Made by a program: the position numbers and the translations under genes. From Phoronis australis (lineage: Eukaryota; Animalia; Phoronida), in the NCBI GenBank assembly GCA_002633005.1, contig NMRA01000195.1, forward strand, positions 475,628-539,627: a stretch of 64,000 nucleotides of DNA. The letters run 5' to 3'. The notes under the pieces are model-generated. The model did no database searches. It was not told the origin of the DNA and saw nothing but the letters and a program-made list of their open reading frames with translations. Below, piece after piece: positions 39,201 to 51,200 of the stretch. Numbering within the stretch: the stretch's first letter is position 1; each line of letters begins with the position of its first letter.

Positions 39201-42200
39201 ACAATCCGGAATAGCACGAAACATGGCGAGATCCTCAAGAGCCATCTGTGACGGACCGTCAGGACCTACAATAACAGTTGTTTCATGAGCACAGACCTGA
39301 TTCTTACGACCACTGACGAACCACGACAGTCCGGTTGAAATTCAAGCAGTAACGCGTTTATTGCCCAGTAGGCCTACAGGGTTAGTACTCATCTGCTGGT
39401 AGCCGATGCACAAGACAACTCTTCGTAACGTACGTTAAAATCGACAAAAAGTATGAGCAATTCCTGCAGAGCATAATTGTTGGATTCAAAATAAACCCCT
39501 TCTCTAAAGAAAACACGCGCGCCCGAGATCGTAGCACATAGAATGGGAGTTGTAAACGAATTCGAAGTCTAGAATATGTGGAGAACCCAATAACCTTTCA
39601 GATGGTTATAGTACTTGGGTAGAATCTTACCAATCGACACACCACAATGGGTTCCAACGAGATTAATCTTGGAGAATGACACCGCTGCCATGCGGATCTG
39701 ATCGTAAGCACGACTGAGGAAGCTGCCAAAAGTGCTAGCGAACGTTATAGCCCGGTCTCGGCACGAGACACCCAAAGCAACCCCGACCATGTTTTGTTCG
39801 CAGATGTAGCACTCAATGAACTGGTTTGGACGGATTTCCTGAAATGGTGCGTTGAATTAGTCCTAAAAACGAAGGACATTTAACTCCAAATTGCCCTACA
39901 TCCCTAGAACCGCTAATCGTATCAAACGAGTTTGACAGATCTAAGAAAATTTCACTTAGCATATTATTTATTTTCTATAAACTTACAGTACACTTAAGTA
40001 CATATTACAACTAGAATTCCAGCTTTTGCCATATCTATATAATTGCATTTCCCTTATGGAACCTAGTAAATTGTGAAAATGATTTTCTAAAACTGCCTGA
40101 CTACAAGGTCTTTTCAAAAGATGCATAAAAATTTATATACATATGGATGTATTTACATGTGTTTGCTAGTAAGTACCATTTTATATCTATTACATGTAAA
40201 GTTTAACAGCCATAGATTTGCCAACTTACTTGTAGTTTTCTGGAGAATGTCGAGTTGCCCATGTCACCATCCAGCGCTATAATGCGATCATATGCTTTGC
40301 CGAGCTTTGCTAAAGCAGAACCATAGCCGACACGTGGCGCCACCTAGAAGAGCGATCTTAACATATTAACAAACTTTAAGATGTGAAAAATGACTTTATT
40401 TGGCCATGAACCGGTAACAAAAACGTACGTATGCAGAAAAAAATTCACTGATATTTTGGATTTTGCTCTACGAAAAAATATGATTAGCCCCTTGACGGGA
40501 AACCTTCTAAAGTTTATTTCTATTGAGTGATTTTAAATGTTGAAAATGACATGTCTAGACCTGGCAAAATTAGACAATGGTAGATACAGTTAAAAACACT
40601 TTAAAATCGCGTAAAAACATACAAAAGTAAAAACAATAGCTTTCGAATCTTAATGGGTGAAGAGACGCACCCAATCAGGTTCGAAAGCCAGTGTTTTTAA
40701 TAATACATATTTTTACCGGATCTTTAAGTGTTTTTACTGCTTCCATATTGTTTGAAATTCTTAGATGCTAGCAAAATCAAAACTCGACTCGTGACCAAGA
40801 GGGTGGGGCGAAACACAGCTTTAAAATAATATTACTACATACCATTTCGCCTCTTTTATAATTCGGCTGAACCGGTAACGCAACGACCGCAGTGTCTACA
40901 GGGGGAACCAAGGCGCTTGGAACTTGCGGAGTTAGGCCGTGCGGTCCTTTGTTTGCGATTTTGGAACGAATGGCTTCCAGCGCTTCGTTCGTTTTCGCCC
41001 CCAATGGTTTGCCATGAAAACCATCTTTGTTTTCAATGTCTGGCATTGAGGAAAATATAATTATGATTCTGGCAGCAAATAAAATACGTTGACATGCAGT
41101 GTGTACACGTATGTGTGCAGCCAAAATTACACAAACTGTTGCATAAAATGTTCCTATATCTTAGCGTCTATTTAGAGATGTATTCACCACTTAAATGATA
41201 CCAGGTTGGTCAGATTCGGTCACTACTAAATGATCTTTAAGAGTCCGTACATATCATCCATGTATTTTGTTTATAATGTGTATTAAATGCAGTTGATTAT
41301 TGGATGACTGTCGTGACCGGTTTCACCAGAAATCAGTAGTGTTACGCGACATACAGTCTCCTTCATATTCTGGAAGTTTGTTAGAGATCGGGATATATTT
41401 TTTCAGTCCGACATTTCCATGAAAATAGCTTCACACATCCAAGCATTCATCTATGCATACATACAATCATAGCCCGATCGGAGTTTTTCTGCGGAGACCA
41501 AATATTCAATTATCCGTAATATTTGCTGTTAACAAATTCGCAAGCGAGATATCTTACCTATTATCCCCGCCCCTTTGTAGGTTTTTGCAATCACAGCAGT
41601 AGGTTGATTGACAACTGACTGGGCCTGGATTAACGCTTTGGCAAGAGCCTCTACGTCGTCCCCTTCGACCACGAACACGTGCCAACTAAAAGACATTCGT
41701 GATGCAAACAGTCACTATATGTCCTGCATGACTTCTCCGTCGGCTATTTTGCCATGTAAGTTATTACGGAACAGCACAAGTCAATGTCTAAAATATATTA
41801 TTTTGCTTTCGGTGATTTTCAATTCTAAAAACAAACTCTCGACCACGCGGCGATATAAATTTATCTCAACTCGTACCCGCATTAGCGGGACACATGTAAG
41901 AAGGATTTCTGGGCTCCTGAAGAACCGACATTTCGTTGTTGAATTTAATATTATGTAACTAAAATGCCACCGTATCGTTTTTATCTCTAGTGTCATTTCT
42001 TGGATAATTTCAATCTCTTCAAATTCCTATTTCTGAAATGTTCCCCTGCAGACGTGCCCTTCCAGAATTTATTGTTTTCATTTTGAATATTGCACACAGA
42101 CGTCGTTTTTCAGGTGCACAGTAAGTCACTTTGTCCGCACAACGAGTCAACGAACTTGACAATGTTTACTGGACTATAAAATTACCCAAAAGCTTCCAGC

Positions 42201-45200
42201 CTTTGCTGATAGACATCCAGTTGGTGCCCCAGGGATGTGGGACAGCTCTGACCGAGGCGGTTACAGTCGATGATCAAGGTGAGATTATCTAGCATGTAGA
42301 GGCTGCTGAAGTGAAGTGCCTCCCACACGGAACCCTCTGCCGTCTCACCATCTCCGCACACGCAGTAGACCCTGTAGCTACAGAATAAAGTTTAACGTGA
42401 TCAACGCAGTCAGGTTACGATATTTCAAAAACGGTGGTCCCTTTAGCGGGTTCACGAAGATAATTTCCGGTGGAAGGAAAGAACTCTCGTAGATTAGCAT
42501 CAGAACATTGAAGATATTTTACAGTTTTGTGAACAGGCTAAGCGGAAGTCTACAAAAACATCCGCCAAAACAGTGAAAAACATTTACAGCAGTTTGCCTC
42601 CGTAATGGCGTTACACTTCCAATAAAAACAAAAACGAGATAATTTTAAACGAAATGAGTTAGGTGATTCCTGAAATCAGTCTCAACGTGGGATCAAACCT
42701 TCAAGCTCCGCGGTCCCAATCTCAGATACTGCTGGCGGTGCTTCACCCTCTCGACAAATGACAAGAGTTTTAAGCGTATTTAAAGCGGCAGTAAACCTTG
42801 CTTTCTATCACTTTTTACCGGTTCCATGTACTCGTTCACAGACGTGATACGTGTCTGGTAATCGTTGTTTAGTGAACTTCATTATGTCAAAGTTGCCAGC
42901 TATTTTTGCAATCCTCTACCTCACCTTGATTTGTCGAAGTATTTTCCAGTGTACGCCATACCCGCAGCTACACTGAGACCCTGTCCAAGGGAGCCAGTCG
43001 CGACGTCGATGAAGTTCAGCCGCTGAGCAGGAAAAATAAAATTTAATTTCAATCAAATGTGTTTATCTGGATGTATTACTCTGTCGGTAATTCTACATTT
43101 AGTGTCCTTTATAGTGTATGATGTCATCTTAACCTATTTTATACGCAGCGACATGTCACTGTCACATTTTTTGTTTTTAACTCCATAGCTCGAAACACCT
43201 CATCACCAAAATAGATAACCTCAATAAAGATAAAGTGGACGGGAAGGTTGAGCAAGCACAAATTGTCTACCCATCACCAAAGATGCCGTTGATTTCCACG
43301 GCCGACAGCGGGCAAGAATCAAAAGCCGGCAGATTGATTCCGAAAAGACAATACTTCGACTCATATATAAATTACCATTTTTATATTTTATTCTAGTTAT
43401 ACATGTACATGAATATCCGACATCAGAATGCTTAATTGCTGTCGTGGGAACATATTTAACTAGTCGTGCTGAAGGCGGGAGTCACTGAAGTAGCTACCAA
43501 AATAGAAACCACTAACTAATGCACTAAACATTAATAAAAAACTAATGCCCTTATTTCTATCATCGATTTTCAGAGAAAAAAACACTCGCTAGAGGCGATC
43601 TTTAGGATATTTGCGAAATCAAAGCAGGTGTTGGTTTTAAATTAAAATGGAAAACTAAATAACTTTAGGAGAAAAAAAGATTAGCTGACATTACTTGACA
43701 AAAATGAATAATCAGATAAACTCGGGCTATTTCACTAAAATCATTTACACCAATTTTAGAAACGATTTTTGAATGTGGCGAAGTGCATTGTTTCTACTAT
43801 AACACAGAAGATTAACAACTGTTATGCATTTACTTATATAATTAATGAAATTTGATCGTCTTGGTATACATTTTCAGGCTATTAAAGAGTTCCCACCATG
43901 ACCCTGTGTCTCAAAAAGGAATTTTATTATTACATCTAAACATATTCAATAGCCTTTAATACACCTGTTGCTACGAAACAATCTAAAAATATTAAAAACA
44001 TATTTTTCTGTTATCGAGTTTGTACGCAATGGATGGAAGACCGCCTCAGCCCACCAGTGCGATCCTGAGGAGTTGTCAAGAAAGTCCGCGTGGAGCCGTC
44101 ATTTTCAGACATGAAAAGGTGCGTTTGTGGAAACTGTGATAACAACAACTTGACTGTGAACGTCTTAGTGTTCAACTTTCCTAAATACGTGAAATTTGCA
44201 CAAAAATGGCATCGGTTTGTCATGGGCGGCGCACCATAGGGACCTAGGGTAGGGCTATGGTCCCCCACTTTTTCAGGGCTAAGCCGCCCATGGTCTATAG
44301 GCGGTGCAACACAGGAGGCTGGGGGAGGGGTTAGCCCCCACTTTTTCAGTGCAGCACCACCCATGATTGTGCGTCGAACAGGAGTGTGGAGAGTCAGTGT
44401 GGAACATGAGACTCAGTTTGGCGTAAGCCACACTTTGATCGGCATATTTCAAAGAATCGTGTTTCGACCACACACATAAGCGGCGTTACAATGAAGGACT
44501 CACCACCAAGTAAGTGCATTTGCAAATTTTGTAAATAACGAACAAACTGCTTCCATTCTAGGGCGAGTGATGCCAGGCCCTGGACCCCGACCCAGATCGA
44601 GTGCTACTACAAGTAGGCTTATGCATATTGTGTTTAGACTGTGCTCATTCCATCACGGCAATAGTGAATACGAGTAATCCAGGTTGGCTGTGGCCTTTGT
44701 CAGTAATTATTAAGTGTCTGTTTTGTGAGTAGTGACCACCACTTGGTAGAGTTGGTTGTGGCTCACATATGTCATTTCTCGTGCAAGTGGGTCGAGTTCA
44801 TACGGCCTGAAACCCGACGAAAGTTCGCTAAATGGGAAATCGAATTCATTGTCTGATTCTTCAAGTACTTGAATATAAGTGCCCGTATCCACTCTCCTCT
44901 CTGTCTGCATAATAATTGTCCAATTCTCGCCTAATATTGTCATTGTCTTCTGACCTGCAGTGTTCCGACATTGCAAATGATTGTCAAGCGGCCAACCGTC
45001 TTCCACCCATTGCATCATTTGGCGGGAAACTTAGAAATATGTAATTTTTCTTCAAAATTAAAAAAGTTGCCACTATTTGGCATAAAAGTGCCTATTTAGC
45101 AAGATTTTATGGTATTCGATTCATATTAGCTAACTGAAACCTGAAAAAGTAAGAAAATGCACGGTGGGAACTCTTTAAGTCTGCAAGTGACAGTCAAAAT

Positions 45201-48200
45201 CTATAACCGGATTTGAACATGCCTTTTGTTATCACACCCCAGGCCCGTAGCCAGCATTGCCCGGGGGTTGGTTCGAATTTCTGGTACGCTGAACCTTTGA
45301 TATTTTACAAACGTCCACACTGTAGAGTTTTCGGTAAGGCCCTTGACGCAGCTTCACTAGGGGAGAGGGAAATCTGTATACACAACGACGACTTTCAGCT
45401 CTACTGTATGTTCCCAAAATCAGACGGAATTCGTAATACCAGAAATGAGGATGCCCTGACGGTTTCTCACAAAGAACGGGACTCAAATTCGGATGTAATG
45501 TGATCCAGAAAGAGAATGTTCCCGCGTTACCTCCTGCCACGCTTTCAAACCGGGCGTGCTTAAATGAGTGATTACACCTCATAACATACATGTACTTGGT
45601 CAGAAATATTTAATCGGAGCATGATCGACTTGACTATTTTGATCTGGTTGTATTTTGCGTGTTACTTAACTTACATCGCTGGAAATGGGAACAGCCCAGT
45701 ATTCCAAAGGTTCACTACTCTGAAGGTTCACTACTCTGAAGGTTCACTATTCCGAACTTAAGGTTCATTACTCCGAAAAGATCTAAAATTTTGGACTTGT
45801 GTGTATCAGACATCCCCCTTTACCTGCGGAAATAAACGACACTTCGGTTATTAGATGCACTAGGTGGTCAGGTGTACCTATGCTCAAACAACGCCCGGAT
45901 TTCATGCGCAAGGGAAATTGCCGTCATGTCTTTCGAATACGGAAAATGAGTACGTACTTGAATTTTTAAAAGATTATGAAGTAGGAATATTGATGAATTA
46001 TCAACCACGATACATTCATCAAATCCATGCAAGGTCGCATCATTTCACAGCGTGACTGAGCTAGTTTAGGGTTGCTGCCCCTCAAACTCACCCATCGGAA
46101 CCACGCACATGGTCAGGTCGAAACTAAACGTAGTTAGTAGGCTACCCTGTCCCTGCCAGTCTTCACGAAGTCGGAGAGTCCCATTCACTCGTCTTGAATT
46201 TAAAACCCCCGCGATTGGTCGGTGAAGTCCTGACCTGATGTTGTTCATGCTTGAGACTGAATGAGTCGTTTGTTAATTAGATTGAAGATTCACGATTGGC
46301 AGAGATTGGAACTGAGCTTATTTGTAAACAATGTAATCAATGTTTTAAGAACTATTCAACTTTTGTACACCCTTTAAATAGTTACTAAATGGGCACAAAT
46401 ACAATACTTTTCTCATGTCAGTTCCGATTCGTTAGCAGACAAGGCAGAGTAATGAACTGTCGGAGTTCTGGTCTCGGAATTGTGGACATTCGAAGTATAG
46501 TGAACTTTCGAAGGTAGCGAACCTTGGCAGTAACTTCGGAGTAGTGGACTTTCGGAGTGATGAACATTCGGAATAGTGACATGTAACCTTGGAAATCTTT
46601 TCCATCACGCTTTTACTCGTATGACGCCTGCGAGGCTGTGCGGCATCGGCACTGATTGACAAGAGAAGACTTTCTTCATTGACCAAAAGTTTTTATTAGG
46701 TCTAGACCTACTTCTCCCTAATAATATGAACATGTTCGTCGGGGTTTTCTTAGTGGAAGAAAATACGGTAGTTCATGGGGGTGCAGCACTGAAAAAGTGA
46801 GGGCTATATCCCCCCTGTGGTGCACCGACCCCCGGCACAGACCATGGGCGGCGCAGCACTGAAAGAAGTGAGGACTATAGCCCCCAGTCCCCTATGGTGC
46901 GACGCCCATGTAGTTAAATGTTTGATTTTTGAGCAACGACGAAGGACTGCCTATAGTGAATTTAATAATCATAGGCGTGTACTGAATTTAAAAGAATGGA
47001 AACGCACACACGTGTATAAGCATGCATGCCATCCACCAATCCACAACCAAAATGGCACTTTACTGTAGTCTGCCACTGTCAAAATAGCAGATATACCTAC
47101 TTTTTGCTATATTGTTTCTTGGTCGGTTTTAAGACGTTCACACGGAACTACCCTTTGGGAGCTCTCTCTCTCTGCTATATAGCCTATTTAGGTATAGACA
47201 TTTACTTCTGGACTCCCGTATTACCCTATGCTGTAACCATCACGCGCGTTCAATGCGGATGAATAACATAAAGCCTCCTCTAATCGTCTGTACGATCCTA
47301 TCATCAAGCACCATTCGGCCCGATAACTACGTGAACTAAATTCAAAATTATTAGTGACTTAGTTATCATTGTCGTTAGTAGTACCAGTAAGTGCAATAAT
47401 TTTGTTGTTGTTGTCTATCTATATCAAATCTTTAGCGGATAGCTCGGGGCTGGACCTTTTCCGCGGGGGGGTTCGATCGAACCCCCCGAATCTCNTGGCT
47501 GCGGGCCTGCACCCACACACAGCACTTTACAGCCGTGCTGGTGAGAAATCTCCTCCAAACACCAAAAATATACCCAAAATCTTTTGCGCATATCAAAATG
47601 GCGACAATCAACAAAGAGGTCTATAGCTCAGGCAACAACTAGGGTTCAGAGATTATGCCGCCATAAAAGCAAGCCAACAACATTTAATCTGTTGGGGACA
47701 TATTTTTGATGCTGTAAACAATTATTCTAATTAAACACAAAGTTATGTAATTTTAAAGACGATGTATAATTAATTAAATATACTGGTTGTTTACCAACAT
47801 TTGTATCCTCCTATGAGTGCATAGGAAGTGGTTCGCCACATGTCTTTGACCAGTTGTGGGATGTTTACAATAACAACTGTGCCTTGCATTGATAGTTATG
47901 TAACTTTAATTCTTTGAAACTGGTCAGCTTTGGGATGAGGCATTTCTGACAACAACAATAATCAAAACTATTATCCATCGAAATTACTTAACTTTTGTCT
48001 GCCTGCACCATACTTGGTAATGACTTGGGTTCATTGCTGGAATCCGGCAACAACTTTATTCAGAGAATTGTTTTGAAACTAGGTGTAGCATTTTGGAGGA
48101 AATGTGTGGGTTTCATGTTTAGAGCTATCTCGCCCACCTTTCTTGTATTCAGTATAAATAGGCTGGTAGGTACTCTAGAATTCATATTGCTTGGAGAGAG

Positions 48201-51200
48201 GCTGCTGCTTGCTTCAAAAATATCACAGATACCCAGCGTTGGTAAGAGACAACTTTGTTTCTTAATGTTTTACTTTTACTATTAACTTTGTCTTTAAAAA
48301 CAACTATTCTTAGTTCTTTGATTATTTGATTAATTCATAGAAATTGTTGTAACTACAAGTTTCTGCTAACTAGTGTTTGCCTAATTGTGAGTTGATATAA
48401 TATTATCAGACATGCAGTTTTCTGTATTTTAGTATGATGTATTTGGTACTTCAATTGTATTAGAGAGATTGTATTATCTTTATTAATTGTTTCAGGTTTA
48501 ACCGTATAAAACATATAACGTATCAGATCGTATTGATATTCGCATAGAAAACGTACATGTATGTTCGTATGACGTATTGATATTCGTATGTTCGTACATA
48601 GCGTATCGAAAACAAAAACGTATCTTACTCGTATTCTAATCGTAAATATAGATTATTACATGGCGAAGACGTTATCCCCCGTTATCTAGAGCCCGAGTGG
48701 ATTTTGGAGAATTATCGCCCGAGGGGCATTAGCCCCGAGAGTGATAATTCTCCAAAATCCACGAGGGCTCTAGATTAGGGGGATAACGGCTGAGAACATG
48801 TAATAATCTATTTATACCACATACTAAACGAGAAACATTGCAATGAATCGATTTACCTTTTCTGACTCTCCACGGCTTTGTAACTACTTTCTATGTCAGA
48901 GGCCCGAGGTCGGAGGTAGTGACCTTTTAAGAAAAGCCGGGCTATTTTTGTCAAATAATGATTTTACTCAAAACCAATTGAAAACTTAAATATAATAGAA
49001 ATAAATTGAAATGATAAATTAAGGTTTACCAACTATTATAGCTTAAAACACGTTTTTGTCACGCTAAGCTTCGACTGGGAAATTATCGTCTGCTAAAGTA
49101 GGTTACCACTGGTAACTGAATATAATTCTCAAGTCAAAGATCCTGACGACACGACAACCGCATTCAAACTGGAGATCGGTGATTTAGGTAATTGTTTACA
49201 ATATGACGACATTGAGTGATTTACAAGTAAGACGACACGAGAGAAAAATTTCAGAAGAAATCATTTATATGGAAATTATGTGTCTTATTTTTCGTAGCGT
49301 ATAAGTACAGTACAATACGGTTTGTTGAACATGGGATTATTGCGCGTGCTCATTTAAGTATACTATTTTCACTCCTGATGACGTCAGTCGCTGCATGGTG
49401 TAGTGGTAAAGTCGGTGACTAGCAATTCCAGGGTCCCGGGTTCGACCCCGTCCTCGGTTTCCCGCCAAATCGTTATCTCACTAGTGAGATAACTTTATGG
49501 GTTATTACACGGTTGTATCTGCCAATTCACGCTAATATTGTGGTATAAATAAAGTTTTATGAACCAAAGTGTTACAGTATTATTATTATACGCGTGTAAC
49601 CCGCTGGGCCAACAACAAAAACAAGAGAGACATCTAATGTGCGAGTGAATGCGCTACATAATCAACATTGCAGGAATAGCCAGATTTGGATCCAAAGACC
49701 TAAGACGGGTGTATTTGCAACCTCTCTTCACACGTTATAAAACACTGTTTCACCAATACTTACCGGTGTTGGATGCCCTTCTAGATCACTGTCAATCTTA
49801 CGTAAGTTTTTAAGCTCACTAGCCGGAAAAAGCCCTGCTTCTGCCCATGCGCCATAGAGGGCAGGACAGGCGTGGCCCTAAAAATGTTAAAAATACTATA
49901 AAGAAAAGAGTAAAAATTGTTGTTCACTTTTGCGTAATTGCTACAACCATGAAAGTCGGAAAAACAATATATGACAGATGGAAAATACCAGGCTTTAAAT
50001 GGCTCTTGTCCTTCAGTCACCATCTCTATTGTGCAGCAAAACTGTTTCACAAACCGACTGGCAGGCACTTAGTTATAAACAGGGTATTCGCCATTTAGGT
50101 TAGACGACATCTTCGACAACTTATTCTCTCAAGCTGTTTGCCCGGAAACATGCATGGCCGCGGTATTTTGCGATAATTAGAGTGATTTCGCCGGTTTTAC
50201 AAATGTGGCGGTTTTAAGACTTATCAAATCAATAATACCGAATTCTCACCTTTGATAACACCAGGCGATCGTTGACGACATCTTTTGGCTGCTGTACTCT
50301 GAAGCGCATCGTGTGAAAGAATAGCACAGAAAGGATTTCCGCTGCGGAGCAGGAGGATGTCGGATGACTAAAAGAAAATATCTGATAATGAATACCGGCT
50401 CGTTGTGAGGGATCGGGGAAGGTCTTCGTGGCGACAGAGAGGAGGAGTACTAGGGGAGCCGACTGCAGTAAGAGTTCCGTTGTTGGAACCCAGTACCGTT
50501 GCTACCGAAAGCATTATGTAAATGCCAACATACGGATTACCAAAGTGCTCCATTCAACTACTTCGTACCAAACAGAGTTCAGGGAATCACCGTGTCCTTT
50601 TAATCCGCTTTTATATCCCCCACGTACGTCTACCAACCGAGTCTTCAGCTAGCAATAGGCTTTTCTTAAAGTCCATGGTTGACTCACAATCTAATCCCAG
50701 AACGAGACTAGTAATGTTAAGTTGATACTGTACAATTCGAACATGACCGATATGCATTACGTAGAAATTAATTTTCGGGGGTAGGCCAAATTCGGTGGTA
50801 GTTTTGTGGTACGCATTAAAGTAAGTATAGCGAATGTGGTTTGTTTGTTTGTTTTTGTGAACATATTGCAAATGAGAAAAGTCCAGTATGTTACAAAAAT
50901 GGTGTTGGAAATGGGACACCTACATTAACTTTGAAAAAAGTTGTGCGCTTCACGAAAAAATACCACTCATGGAGTAAGAACTTTTTTAAAGTTGGCTCTA
51001 TGGTTACAGAATATGCCAGTAGTTAGAAACATTTAGGGGTCTCTTTCAACGAAAATTTAGATTTTAAGACAACGGCTCAAGTTCTAGTTGAATATGCAGG
51101 CAGAGCGCTGGGGGTCCTTGTCGGTAAATACAAGATGTTAGAAAATATGTGTTTAAAAGCTTTTACCGATTGCTTTGACTGCTCTGTTAGCTCAGCCATG

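Noticed and set aside
49388-49460. Functional tRNA gene
   Set aside because: A and B boxes are present, but the acceptor stem does not pair and it lies inside a repeat element.
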